64,000 nt of DNA, from the NCBI GenBank assembly GCA_934546685.1, contig CAKTEB010000001.1, positions 22,372-86,371 on the forward strand, in the 5' to 3' direction. Source of the DNA: an uncultured Oscillospiraceae bacterium (GTDB taxonomy: Bacteria; Bacillota; Clostridia; Oscillospirales; Oscillospiraceae). A program made the translations under genes and the position numbers. The notes beneath the pieces are model-generated. The model was given only the letters and a program-made list of their open reading frames with translations, was not told where the DNA came from and made no database searches. Below are positions 9,058 through 18,865 of the stretch, one piece after another; position 1 is the stretch's first letter, and each line of letters opens with the position of its first letter.

Positions 9058-9094
9058 AGTTTCAATTCCCTCGGGGGAAAGAAAGGAAGATTCT

Positions 9095-10444
9095 ATGCAA
9101 CAAGGAAAAAGCATGACGCAGGGCAGCGAATGGAAGCTGATCCTGCTGTTCACCCTGCCGCTGATGGCCGGAAACCTCTTACAGCAGCTATACAACACCG
9201 TAGACGGCATTGTGGTTGGCAATTTTGTAGGTGAAACGGCCCTGGCCGCGGTGGGCACCTGCGCCCCGCTGACCATGCTCTTCACCGCCATTGCCCTGGG
9301 CATGAGCAACGGTGCCGCAGTGGTGCTGTCGCAGTTCTATGGGGCCGGGCGCATGGAGGAGATGAAGAAGACCGTCGCCAGCTCCCTGATCCTGCTGACC
9401 GGTATGGGCGTGGTGCTGTCGGTGCTGGGCGCGGTACTGGCAGGCTGGCTGCTCCGGGCGGTTCTGGGTGTCCAGGATTATCTCATGGACGCGGCCCAGC
9501 TGTATTTTCAGATCTACGCCCTGGGACTGCTGGCGCAGTTCATCTATAATATTGTAGCCGCCATCCTCCGCTCCATGGGGGACAGCCGTGCCACCCTGTA
9601 TTTTCTGCTGGTGGCTTCGGTATGCAACATTCTCCTGGATCTGCTGGCAGTCATCGTCCTAAGCTGGGGCGTGGCCGGTGTGGCCATCGCCACCGTGACC
9701 TCTCAGATCCTCTCGGCAGCGGTCAGCGTGGTCTATCTGTTCCGGCGCTATCCCGCCCTGCGATTCACCCAGGGAGAACTCCGGTTTGACAGGGAAAAGG
9801 GCCTCCTGGTCCTGCGCATGGGCATCCCCTCCACCCTCCAGCAGTGCGTGATCTCCATGGGCCATATGGCCATCCAGCGGGTGGTGAACACCTTCAACAT
9901 CACCGCCGGTTACACCGCTGCCACTCGGATCGAGAGCTTCGTGCTGATCCCCATTCAGGGCTTCTTCATGGGCATGGCCACCTTTACCGGTCAGAACCTG
10001 GGCGCTGGCAAGCTGGATCGGATCTCTCGGGCCCTGCGGAATACCATTCTCATGAGCCTCATTGTGGTAGCCGCGGTCATCGCCATCATCTATCCCTTCG
10101 CGCCCCAGCTGGTGGGCATCTTCGGCGTGGCCGGAGACTCCGCTCAGGTGGCAGTCACCTACCTGCGGTTCGTGGTCTTCGCTTTTGCGGTGTTCAGCGT
10201 GTACTTCTCCACCAACGGCGTGCTTCAGGGCTCCGGCGACGTGGTATTCACCGCCTTCAACACCTTCTCCGGCCTGGTCATCAAAGTGCTCTTCGTCTAT
10301 GCCATGGCATTCCTGACGCCTATGGGCATGGCGGCCCTCTGGTGGGGCAACCTGGTCAGCTGGATCTACAGCCTGGTGCTGGCGGCCCTTCGGTATCGGT
10401 TCGGCCCCTGGCGCAACAAGGGCGTGGTACAAAGCGAAGCCTAA
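9095..10444 (+). CDS. MATE family efflux transporter
   Basis: 449 aa, 12-TM-like. The N-terminal LPLMAGNLLQQLYNTVDGIVVG is typical of MATE. An alternative start is ATG at 9113. Confidence 0.85.
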   Translation: MQQGKSMTQGSEWKLILLFTLPLMAGNLLQQLYNTVDGIVVGNFVGETALAAVGTCAPLTMLFTAIALGMSNGAAVVLSQFYGAGRMEEMKKTVASSLILLTGMGVVLSVLGAVLAGWLLRAVLGVQDYLMDAAQLYFQIYALGLLAQFIYNIVAAILRSMGDSRATLYFLLVASVCNILLDLLAVIVLSWGVAGVAIATVTSQILSAAVSVVYLFRRYPALRFTQGELRFDREKGLLVLRMGIPSTLQQCVISMGHMAIQRVVNTFNITAGYTAATRIESFVLIPIQGFFMGMATFTGQNLGAGKLDRISRALRNTILMSLIVVAAVIAIIYPFAPQLVGIFGVAGDSAQVAVTYLRFVVFAFAVFSVYFSTNGVLQGSGDVVFTAFNTFSGLVIKVLFVYAMAFLTPMGMAALWWGNLVSWIYSLVLAALRYRFGPWRNKGVVQSEA

Positions 10445-10467
10445 CGGAAATGTTCTCAGTCATCTAC

Positions 10468-10498
10468 AAGGGCCTGCCGCTATACGCGGCAGGCCCTT
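10468..10498 (+). terminator. Terminator hairpin after the MATE gene
   Basis: 13-bp stem aagggcctgccgc / gcggcaggccctt with a 5-nt loop, followed by a short T run. Confidence 0.5.
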
Positions 10499-10514
10499 TC
10501 CGTCAATATAGGCG

Positions 10515-10545
10515 CAAAAGATCCGGCTGCCGAAGCAGCCGGATC
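10515..10545 (-). terminator. Terminator after the pyrophosphatase gene
   Basis: Stem gatccggctgc / gcagccggatc with loop cgaa. On the minus strand it is followed by TTTTG. Confidence 0.6.
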
Positions 10546-10562
10546 CATTATGCACTGTGATA

Positions 10563-12683
10563 TTACAGCAGGCCCATCAGGTTGAAGGCCACGATCAGAC
10601 CGGAGAACACGATGGAAACCGTGGAAACCAGCTTGATGAGGATGTTCAGAGAAGGACCGGAAGTATCCTTGAAGGGATCGCCAACGGTGTCGCCGACAAC
10701 AGCTGCCTTGTGCTGCTCGCTGCCCTTGCCGCCGTGGTTGCCTCTCTCGATGTACTTCTTTGCGTTATCCCATGCGCCGCCGGCGTTGGACATAAACACA
10801 GCCATAGCGAAGCCGGTGACGGATACGCCGCCCAGCAGACCAACTACGCCGGTGGGGCCCAGGATCAGGCCGGTAACAATGGGAACGATGATTGCCAGCA
10901 GAGCGGGAGCGACCATCTCGTGGAGGGCGCCCTTGGTGCACATGCCGACGCATGCCTGATAGTCAGGCTTTGCCTTGCCTTCCATGATGCCGGGGATCTC
11001 CTTAAACTGACGGCGAACCTCGGTAACGATGGTCTGAGCAGCAGTCTGCACAGCGCCCATGGTGAAGGCGGAGAAGACGAAGGTCAGCATAGCGCCGATG
11101 AACAGGCCAACCAGAACAGTGGGGCTGGTCAGGGCAAAGTTCAGGACCTCGTCGGTCTTGGTCTGCACGATGCTCACATAGGAGACCAGCAGAGCCAGAG
11201 CGGTCAGAGATGCGGAACCAATGGCGAAGCCCTTGCCGGTAGCGGCAGTGGTGTTGCCCAGGGAGTCCAGAGCGTCGGTACGGTCACGGACGAACTCAGG
11301 CAGCTCAGCCATCTCAGCGATGCCGCCGGCGTTGTCGGCCACGGGGCCGTAAGCGTCGGTAGCCAGGGTGATGCCCAGGGTGGAGAGCATGCCAACACCG
11401 GCAATGCCGATGCCGTACAGGCCCTGATTAAAGGCGGTGGTGAAGCCGCCGGCCTCGTCCACGATGGTCAGGGAGCCGCCAGCCGCGAAGTAGGAGATCA
11501 GAACAGCGGCGCCAACGATCAGGATGGAGGAAGCAGTGGACTTCAGGCCCAGGGAGATACCGCCGATGATGATGGTGGCGGAACCGGTCTCAGAGGCTGC
11601 TGCCAGCTCCTGAGTGGGCTTGTAGGTGTCAGAGGTGTAATACTCGGTGAAGTAGCCGATGGCGCAGCCGCCAACCAGGCCGCAGAGGATGGCCACAAAG
11701 ATGCCCATGCTGCCCATGATGACATAGGTCAGCACAGCGGCGCAGACAGCAGCCAGAACAGCGGCGGAATAGGTGCCGGTACGCAGAGTCTTCAGCAGGG
11801 ACTTCTGGTCAGCATCCTCCTTGGTCTTGACCATGAAGGAACCGATCAGGGAGCAGACCATGCCGGTGACAGCGATCATCAGAGGAAGCAGCATGCCCTT
11901 GAAGCCATAGCCAGCGGTAGCGGCCAGAGCGAAGGTAGCCAGGATGGAGCCAACATAGCTCTCATACAGGTCAGCGCCCATGCCAGCCACGTCGCCAACG
12001 TTGTCGCCAACGTTATCAGCGATGGTAGCGGGGTTACGGGGGTCATCCTCGGGGATGCCGGCCTCGACCTTGCCGACCAGGTCAGCGCCCACGTCGGCAG
12101 CCTTGGTGTAAATGCCGCCGCCCACACGAGCGAACAGCGCCATGAAGGACGCACCCATGCCGTTCATAACCATGATGTTGCCCAGCTCAACGGGATCGGT
12201 GATGCCGAAAGCGAAGTGCAGGATGCAGAACCACATGGTAACGTCCAGCATGCCCAGGCCCACCACGGTGAAGCCCATGACGGAGCCGGAGGAGAAGGCT
12301 ACCCGCAGGCCCTTGTTCAGGCCCTCATAAGCGGCCTGAGCGGTGCGGGCGTTGGAGTTGGTGGCGATCTTCATGCCGATAAAGCCAGCCAGCATGGAGA
12401 ACACACCACCGGTGATGAACGCGAAGGGGGTGAACTTGGACAGCATCTCGCCGCCCGTGGCAAATGCCATGATGAGAAGGATCACGAACACAACGGCAAA
12501 GACCTTGCCAACGGACATGTACTGATGCTTCAGATAAGCATTAGCACCGTCACGAATGGCCTGTGCGATCTCAACCATTTTGTCGTTGCCTTCCGAGTGC
12601 TTCATAACGATGCCGCGCTGAATGAACGCAAAGATCAGTGCAACCGCAGCGCCGACGAAGCCCAACAGGAACAGGTTTTCCAA
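10563..12683 (-). CDS. hppA: Membrane-bound ion-translocating pyrophosphatase (K+-dependent type)
   Basis: Motifs [29 protein letters not shown] and [10 protein letters not shown] (Ala at the K+-dependence position). The preferred TTG start at 12683 lies 7 nt after AAGGAG; the ORF track extends to 12761. Confidence 0.92.
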   Translation of the reverse strand: MENLFLLGFVGAAVALIFAFIQRGIVMKHSEGNDKMVEIAQAIRDGANAYLKHQYMSVGKVFAVVFVILLIMAFATGGEMLSKFTPFAFITGGVFSMLAGFIGMKIATNSNARTAQAAYEGLNKGLRVAFSSGSVMGFTVVGLGMLDVTMWFCILHFAFGITDPVELGNIMVMNGMGASFMALFARVGGGIYTKAADVGADLVGKVEAGIPEDDPRNPATIADNVGDNVGDVAGMGADLYESYVGSILATFALAATAGYGFKGMLLPLMIAVTGMVCSLIGSFMVKTKEDADQKSLLKTLRTGTYSAAVLAAVCAAVLTYVIMGSMGIFVAILCGLVGGCAIGYFTEYYTSDTYKPTQELAAASETGSATIIIGGISLGLKSTASSILIVGAAVLISYFAAGGSLTIVDEAGGFTTAFNQGLYGIGIAGVGMLSTLGITLATDAYGPVADNAGGIAEMAELPEFVRDRTDALDSLGNTTAATGKGFAIGSASLTALALLVSYVSIVQTKTDEVLNFALTSPTVLVGLFIGAMLTFVFSAFTMGAVQTAAQTIVTEVRRQFKEIPGIMEGKAKPDYQACVGMCTKGALHEMVAPALLAIIVPIVTGLILGPTGVVGLLGGVSVTGFAMAVFMSNAGGAWDNAKKYIERGNHGGKGSEQHKAAVVGDTVGDPFKDTSGPSLNILIKLVSTVSIVFSGLIVAFNLMGLL

Positions 12684-12950
12684 CAACAAACAACTCCTTA
12701 CTATGTAATATTGCCCACCTATTCTACCAGCATCTTTAAGGGATTGCAATAGTTTCTGCATGATTTTTCACAAAACCGGCGAAGCATCCAAATTTGCTCC
12801 AAAAAGCCACATTAAAACTGACCGCGGAATCATGCAGTTTGCCAGGAAGCCGCCGGTCCCAACGGATTTCCCCTTGTATTTTCCCGTGAAATAGCATATA
12901 GTCAATTCATACAAGCCATCGATCTTCGACCTTATTAAGGAGGGCCAACT

Positions 12951-13190
12951 ATGTCTTCTGCGATTCAAGAGATCTCCCTTACCACCATCACCCAGCGCAC
13001 TGGCTTTCGGGGCCGGAAGCAAAAACATGATGAGGCCATCTGCCTCAAAACCGGCGGCGGCAGCATTTTCCTCCGGAAAAGCGCCGTGGAGGACGCGGGA
13101 AACAGCTGGAAACTGCTGACCCGGCGTCTTGAGACCCTGGCTCAGGAAAAATCCATTCCCTTTACGGACGAGAGGGAGGAGACCCTGTAA
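12951..13190 (+). CDS. Small hypothetical protein (79 aa)
   Basis: Strong RBS AAGGAGGG with a 7-nt spacer to ATG. Basic and charged. No family recognised. Confidence 0.45.
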   Translation: MSSAIQEISLTTITQRTGFRGRKQKHDEAICLKTGGGSIFLRKSAVEDAGNSWKLLTRRLETLAQEKSIPFTDEREETL

Positions 13191-13276
13191 TTTCCCGTAA
13201 TCTTTTTTCCTTCCGCCATTTTTCCCGCAACATTATCCCCTGACTCTGCGACTATATGGGTAAAGGGGGTAATTTC

Positions 13277-14284
13277 ATGGATCTTCACGTTTCCGGCCCA
13301 AACGCCGACACCGTCTACATCCGCCATACCGCCGTCCAGCGAAGGCAGCAGAGGAAGCGCCTTCGGCGCAAGCAGCAGGTCTCCGTGCTGTTGCTCCTGC
13401 TGGCCGGGATCCTGCTGGCTGCCGCACGTCCCGGCCGCCATGCCGCCCAGGACAGTGCAGTGGAAAGCGCGCAGACGAATTCCATCGCCGCAGTATCTAC
13501 TCAAGCCGTGCCGGAGCTCACTCTTTGTGAAGCGGACAAGGATACGCTGGCCCTGGGGGAGCTCAGCCTGGTGTCCAATGCCCACCCCTGCACGTTTCCG
13601 GATGGACTGGATCTGGTCAGCGTCTATGAGTCCCGGAATAATTCCTATTCTCTGCGCTCCACAGACATCCAGCTGTGCCGCAGCGTCATGGGGCCCCTGA
13701 ATCAGCTCTGCCAGGCCTTCCGTGACGCCACAGGCAATGGGGATCTTCTGGTCTGCGCGGGCTACCGCTCCCGTCAGGAGCAGCAGGAGCTCTGGGACAA
13801 GGCCATGGCTGCCCACGGCGAGGCCTATACCCGGCAGTATTTCTCCCAGCCCGGGGCCAGCGAGCACCATACAGGACTGGCCGTGGATTTCTCCTTATAT
13901 AATATAGAGACGCAGCAGGCCTATGAGTTCGACGGCTCTGAGGCCAGCGACTGGATGCTGGAGAACTGCTGGAAATATGGTTTTATCCAGCGCTATCCAT
14001 CTGATAAAGTGGATATCACCGGTATCAGCGAGGAGACCTGGCATTTCCGCTATGTGGGGGAGCCCCATGCGGCGCTGATGCACCAGATGGGATTATGTCT
14101 GGAGGAATACATAGCGCTGCTCCAGCGCTATCCCTGGGACGGTGAGCACCTGACCGAAACCGTGGACGGCGCAGAATATGAGCTCTGGTACTGCCCGGAG
14201 GACAGCGTTTACGTTCCCACGCGGGGGGACTACACCCTGTCCGGGGACAACCAGGGCGGCTGCATCGTTACCCTCCGGCGATAG
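13277..14284 (+). CDS. M15 family D-alanyl-D-alanine carboxypeptidase (VanY-like)
   Basis: Motifs SEHHTGLAVD and EETWHFRYVG (VanY/M15B zinc ligand pattern). N-terminal membrane anchor. ATG at 13277 follows AAAGGGGG. Confidence 0.8.
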   Translation: MDLHVSGPNADTVYIRHTAVQRRQQRKRLRRKQQVSVLLLLLAGILLAAARPGRHAAQDSAVESAQTNSIAAVSTQAVPELTLCEADKDTLALGELSLVSNAHPCTFPDGLDLVSVYESRNNSYSLRSTDIQLCRSVMGPLNQLCQAFRDATGNGDLLVCAGYRSRQEQQELWDKAMAAHGEAYTRQYFSQPGASEHHTGLAVDFSLYNIETQQAYEFDGSEASDWMLENCWKYGFIQRYPSDKVDITGISEETWHFRYVGEPHAALMHQMGLCLEEYIALLQRYPWDGEHLTETVDGAEYELWYCPEDSVYVPTRGDYTLSGDNQGGCIVTLRR

Positions 14285-14356
14285 TTCAATTTTCAACTTT
14301 TCGGTATCACTTTTTGACTCTATTTCATTTTTGATAGTCAGCGCAGGGATTGAATC

Positions 14357-14385
14357 TTGTTGCGGCCTCCAACAATTCGTATACT
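14357..14385 (+). promoter_or_regulatory. Sigma-70-like promoter for the orphan binding-protein gene
   Basis: TTGTTG (14357-14362), 17-nt spacer, TATACT (14380-14385). Confidence 0.4.
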
Positions 14386-14438
14386 GAATGTGAACGGGCC
14401 TGTCACCCGATCCATCACGAAGAAAAGGAGTGCTGCCA

Positions 14439-16250
14439 ATGAAAAAGAAGTTCCTTGCCATGCTTCTGGCTCTGGGCATGCTCACCGGTCTGATGGCCGG
14501 ATGCGGCGGCAATGCCGTCTCCTCCGCCGCGCCGGAGCCTGCCCAATCGGCAGAAGCACCCCCGGAAGAGACCTCCGCTCCGGCGCCCGCCGAAGCTCCT
14601 TCTGTGAAGGAAGTCTCTTCCCCTGAGAGCTCCGCCGCTGACGGCGAGACCATCTCCGGCTGGCCCGCCAATCCCCTGGGGAATGTGGACCTGCCCCTGA
14701 CCGACGACCCAGTCACCGTGACCATGTGGATGGGCGTCAATCCCAACGTTCTGAAGATCACCGAGGACATCGGCAACGACTGCGCCCTCTGGAATGAGTT
14801 GGCCACCCGTACCGGCGTCAACCTGGACTTCACCGTGGTGAACCCTGACACTGAGTCTGAGAAGTTCAACCTGATGGTGGCCTCCAACGATCTTTCCGAC
14901 ATCATCTCCAACGCCACTACCCTCTACACCAACGGCGGCGAGGCGGCCATCGCCGATGAGATTCTCATCGACCATCTGCCCTACCTCACCGAGGAGCTGA
15001 CCCCCCAGATCTGCAAGCTCATGGAGGCCTATCCCGATGCGGTGTCCGAGGCCCTCACCGAGAGCGGCTGGCTGGCCGGCATGCCCCAGCTGAGCATGCA
15101 GACCGAGACCACCCAGACCTTCGGCCCCATGATCCGCAAGGATTGGCTGACCGACCTGGGCCTGGATATCCCCGAGACCTATGACGAGCTCCACGAGGTG
15201 CTCAAGGCCTTTAAGGAGCAGAAGGGCGCGGACGCACCCCTGCTGCTCAACTATGCCGCCACCGGTATCAACAACGGCCTGGTACAAGGCTATGGCATCA
15301 ACGGTCTGGTGGCCGACGCCGCCATGTCCGAGCCCTTCTATCAGGTGGATGACACCGTCATGTACGGCCCCATCCAGCCGGAATTCAAGGACTATCTGAC
15401 CATGATCCACGACTGGTACGCCGAGGGCCTCATCTGGCAGGATTTCATGTCCTACACCGACTTCCAGAATCCTCCCACCGATGTGATCCTGGCAGACCGT
15501 GCGGGCGTGTTCTACGCCGAGGTCACCTACATCGCCACCCTGGAGGACGCCTCCAACACCGAGGGCTTCGAGCTGGTGGCCCTGCCCGATTTCGTGCAGA
15601 AGTCCGGGGATAAGATTCCCTTCAAGGAGGAGCGTGCCTACGCCGCCTCCACCCCCTGGTCCATCTCCACTCAGTGCGAGTGCCCGGAGCTGCTGATGCA
15701 GTGGTGCAACTATATGTACACCGACGAGGGCGCGCTGCTGTGCAACTATGGCATCGAGGGCGAGAGCTTCAACTATGATGAGAACCATGTGCCGGTGTTC
15801 ACCGACCTGGTGCTAAACAACCCCGACATGTCCACCACCGTGGCCCTGTTTATGTACTGCCTGGACCGCGGCCCCTTCTACCGGGATGAGACCCGCGAGC
15901 AGTCCGGCTACACCCAGGCTCAGAAGGAAGCCAGCTCCATTTGGCAGAGCAATGTAGAGGTTGGCCGGGGCATCGGCTCCACCTCCCTCAACACGGAAGA
16001 ATCCGACCATGTGAACCAGTTCTACGGCGACATCAAGACCTACATTGAGCAGTCCGTGCTGGAGTTCGTCATCGGCAACCGGGATCTTTCCGAGTTCGAC
16101 GCCTATGTGGAGCACATCGAGGGCATGAACATTGACGAGGTCACCGCCTGCTATCAGGACGCCTACCAGCGATATCTCAACGGCGAAGTGTCGGCGGCTC
16201 CCGCCGGACCTCCCGGGCCTCCCCCGGACGGCGCGCCCCCACCTCCGTAA
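14439..16250 (+). CDS. Extracellular solute-binding-type lipoprotein (LplA-like), paralogue B, with no adjacent permease genes
   Basis: ATG at 14439 follows AAAGGAG. Lipobox LMAGCGG. About 603 aa. Pro-rich C-terminal tail PAGPPGPPPDGAPPPP. Confidence 0.85.
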   Translation: MKKKFLAMLLALGMLTGLMAGCGGNAVSSAAPEPAQSAEAPPEETSAPAPAEAPSVKEVSSPESSAADGETISGWPANPLGNVDLPLTDDPVTVTMWMGVNPNVLKITEDIGNDCALWNELATRTGVNLDFTVVNPDTESEKFNLMVASNDLSDIISNATTLYTNGGEAAIADEILIDHLPYLTEELTPQICKLMEAYPDAVSEALTESGWLAGMPQLSMQTETTQTFGPMIRKDWLTDLGLDIPETYDELHEVLKAFKEQKGADAPLLLNYAATGINNGLVQGYGINGLVADAAMSEPFYQVDDTVMYGPIQPEFKDYLTMIHDWYAEGLIWQDFMSYTDFQNPPTDVILADRAGVFYAEVTYIATLEDASNTEGFELVALPDFVQKSGDKIPFKEERAYAASTPWSISTQCECPELLMQWCNYMYTDEGALLCNYGIEGESFNYDENHVPVFTDLVLNNPDMSTTVALFMYCLDRGPFYRDETREQSGYTQAQKEASSIWQSNVEVGRGIGSTSLNTEESDHVNQFYGDIKTYIEQSVLEFVIGNRDLSEFDAYVEHIEGMNIDEVTACYQDAYQRYLNGEVSAAPAGPPGPPPDGAPPPP

Positions 16251-16294
16251 CCCCGGCACATTTCATTTGATCCATTTCTTTGGATCCTCCTACA

Positions 16295-16338
16295 GATTCC
16301 CGAACCAGGACAGGCTGGTTCGGGAATCCCGTCGTTTT
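16295..16338 (+). terminator. Rho-independent terminator after binding-protein paralogue B
   Basis: 14-bp stem gattcccgaaccag / ctggttcgggaatc followed by ccgtcgTTTT. Confidence 0.7.
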
Positions 16339-16375
16339 CAGGCAAAATTTCCCCACACTTTCTCTCGGATTCGTA

Positions 16376-16404
16376 TTGCAATTTTTCTCTGTTTTTCATA
16401 CAAT
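16376..16404 (+). promoter_or_regulatory. Sigma-70-like promoter for the M14 carboxypeptidase gene
   Basis: TTGCAA (16376-16381), 17-nt spacer, TACAAT (16399-16404). Confidence 0.45.
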
Positions 16405-16480
16405 AAAGTCGAATTTTTTGCAACGGGCCGCCCAAAAAGTCCGTCTTTATAGATAGGAACAAACATGAGGAGGAACCACC

Positions 16481-18859
16481 ATGAAACGGAAACTATACGT
16501 TGTCTGCCTGTTTCTGCTGTCTGTGCTCCTGTGCGCGGGCTATGCCGGAGCCTATGACAGCTCGAACCTCACCATTCCCTCCAGCGCCACCGCCATCCAG
16601 TACGGCACCTCCGGTGCGGGCCGCCCGCTGATGGCGTATCGGTTTGGAGATGGGAAGAACGTCATGGTCTTAGGCTATGAGATCCATGGCTATGAGGACA
16701 ACTTCGACAAAGACGGCGGAGCTCTGGTCTGGGCCGCCGGTCAGATGATGGACCAGCTGCATCAAAATCTCACCCTGCTGGACGAATATGACTGGACCGT
16801 CTATGTGCTGCCCTCCATGAACCCCGACGGTCTCATTGACGGCTACTCCAACAACGGTCCTGGCCGTCTGACCACCACCTACATAGACTCCAGCGGCAAT
16901 CTCTCCTCCGCCCACGGCGTAGACATGAACCGGAGCTTCCCCACCGGCTGGAAGCGGAATACCTCCAATCGGAATTATACCGGCCCTGCGCCTCTGGCCT
17001 CCATGGAATGCGCCGCCCTGGCAAAGTTCGTCCAGGACGTGAAGGGCAGCGGTGTCAATATGTGCTTCGATGTCCACGGCTGGTTTTCCCAGATCATTAC
17101 CTCCAACGGCAAGGACAGCACGCTTTTTAATACGCTGCACAGCGCCTTCCCCGGCAATTCCTATTCCAGCTGCCGGAACGGAAGCGGCTATTTCACCGCC
17201 TACACCACCGCGCTGGGCTATATCTCCTGCCTGTTTGAGTATCCCGGCAACGTGTGGAGCTTCTCCGGCTTCCAGCGCAGCGGCTACTGCGAGAAATTCA
17301 ACGGCGCTATTTTGTCTCTGGTCAAATCCTACGGCCAGTATAATCCCACCGTTTACACCGTTGCCACCCGGACCCAGGGCGCAGGATCCGGCAGTGTCTC
17401 CGGCGGCGGCTCCGTTCGCTCTGGTCATAAGGTCACGCTGACGGCGGCGGCCTCTCAGGGCTCCGTCTTTGCGGGCTGGTATGACGAAACCGGCAAGCAG
17501 CTCTCCGCCGATGCCAGCTACAGCTTCACTGTCACCAGCGACGTCACCGTATATGCCCGGTTTGAGCTGCCCGTCACCGCCTCCGTCACGGTCAAGGGCA
17601 CTGGCAGCGTCACCGGTGCCGGGGATTACGCCTCCGGCAGTACCGTAAAGCTGGAAGCCGCCCCCTCGTCCGGGTATTACTTCCTGGGCTGGTATGACGG
17701 AAACGGCAAGGTACTTTCCACCGACGCCACCTACAGCTTCACGATTCAGAATAATGTATCCATCCGGGCCCAGTTCGGTGCCGAGATCACCGCCCTGGCC
17801 TCCCGCAGTGGCTCCGTCACCGGCGCCGGTGTGCTTCCCCAGGACGCCGCCGCCACCCTCACCGCAGTACCTCAGGAGGGCCACACGCTCCAGGGCTGGT
17901 ATGATCTGAGCGGCAATCTGCTCTCCACAGAGCCCAGCTACAGCTTCACCGTGGGCCAGGCCCAGACCGTGGTGGCCATCTTCTCCGATGACCGGTTCTA
18001 TGATCTGAAATCCGAGGACTGGTTCCTGGACAACGTCAACGAGGCCATCAGCCGGAAGCTGGTGCAGGGCATGACCACCATCAGCTTCGGCCCTGACTTC
18101 ACCATGACCCGGGCCCAGGTGGTCATGATCCTCTCCAGAATGGAGCAGGCGGACACCGCCGCCGCCACGCCCTGCCACTTCCGGGACGTGGATCAGAGCC
18201 AATGGTATGCGGGTGCGGTGAACTGGGCCTATGAGAACCATATCGTTCTGGGCATGTCTGACACCAGCTTTGCTCCGGACGCGCCCATCACCCGCCAGCA
18301 GTTTATGACCATGCTTGTCCGGTATCTCACGGACGTAAAGGGCCTGAAGCTGGATGCCAAGGATCTGAGCTTCCAGGATCAGTCTTCTATCGCCGATTGG
18401 GCCCTGGATGCCGTAAAGAAGGCCGTGTCCATCAAGCTGGTGGAGGGCTATCCCGATGGCACCTTCCAGCCGGACAATCAGCTGCCCCGAAAGGAAGGCG
18501 TCACCGTGCTGGTGCGCCTAGCCAAGTACCTAGAGGCTCAGGAGCTCGTGAAGGAGCCTGAAACCGAGGATAAGACGGAAGATAAGCCCGAGAACACGGC
18601 TGAAGATTCCTCCAAGACGGAGACCGAGGGCAAGGCTGAGGATGCCTCCAAGACGGAGACTGAGGATAGATCCAAGACCGAGGACACCGCAACCCCCACG
18701 GCCGATCCTCAAGCAGTTCCTGAAGCCGCCTCTGTGACGGAACCCACACCGGAAACGGCACCGGATGCGTCGGAATCTTCCCCTGGGCCCCAGAGCGCAG
18801 AGTCCCCGGCTCCTGCCGAGACCTCCGCTCCGGATGCGGAATCCGCCGCAGAAAGCTAA
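16481..18859 (+). CDS. Secreted M14 zinc carboxypeptidase with three Ig-like (InlB B-repeat-like) repeats, three SLH domains and an acidic low-complexity tail
   Basis: Signal peptide. M14 motifs HGYE, NPDG, DMNRSFP and DVHGW. Repeats GSGSV.G.G....G..V.L.A....G..F.GWYD..G..LS....YSF. SLH-like blocks (FRDVDQSQWYAGAVNWAYENHIVLG). Confidence 0.85.
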   Translation: MKRKLYVVCLFLLSVLLCAGYAGAYDSSNLTIPSSATAIQYGTSGAGRPLMAYRFGDGKNVMVLGYEIHGYEDNFDKDGGALVWAAGQMMDQLHQNLTLLDEYDWTVYVLPSMNPDGLIDGYSNNGPGRLTTTYIDSSGNLSSAHGVDMNRSFPTGWKRNTSNRNYTGPAPLASMECAALAKFVQDVKGSGVNMCFDVHGWFSQIITSNGKDSTLFNTLHSAFPGNSYSSCRNGSGYFTAYTTALGYISCLFEYPGNVWSFSGFQRSGYCEKFNGAILSLVKSYGQYNPTVYTVATRTQGAGSGSVSGGGSVRSGHKVTLTAAASQGSVFAGWYDETGKQLSADASYSFTVTSDVTVYARFELPVTASVTVKGTGSVTGAGDYASGSTVKLEAAPSSGYYFLGWYDGNGKVLSTDATYSFTIQNNVSIRAQFGAEITALASRSGSVTGAGVLPQDAAATLTAVPQEGHTLQGWYDLSGNLLSTEPSYSFTVGQAQTVVAIFSDDRFYDLKSEDWFLDNVNEAISRKLVQGMTTISFGPDFTMTRAQVVMILSRMEQADTAAATPCHFRDVDQSQWYAGAVNWAYENHIVLGMSDTSFAPDAPITRQQFMTMLVRYLTDVKGLKLDAKDLSFQDQSSIADWALDAVKKAVSIKLVEGYPDGTFQPDNQLPRKEGVTVLVRLAKYLEAQELVKEPETEDKTEDKPENTAEDSSKTETEGKAEDASKTETEDRSKTEDTATPTADPQAVPEAASVTEPTPETAPDASESSPGPQSAESPAPAETSAPDAESAAES
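17352..17985 (+). repeat. Three tandem ~70-aa domain repeats inside the carboxypeptidase gene
   Basis: Repeated protein pattern ending YARF / RAQF / VAIF, each containing GWYD and YSFT. Confidence 0.7.
18540..18856 (+). repeat. Acidic/Thr/Pro low-complexity tail region with imperfect 36-bp DNA repeat
   Basis: cctccaagacggagac occurs at 18609 and again at 18645, with a degenerate third copy near 18671. The encoded protein is KTEDKPENTAEDSSKTETEGKAEDASKTETEDRSKTED... Confidence 0.5.
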
Positions 18860-18865
18860 AAATAT

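Noticed and set aside
10557-12752. 731-aa ORF on the plus strand covering the whole pyrophosphatase locus
   Set aside because: It is the antisense frame of an unmistakable hppA gene. Its product is a low-complexity Gly/Ala/His/Asp/Gln string with no RBS. This is a typical open antisense frame in GC-rich coding DNA.
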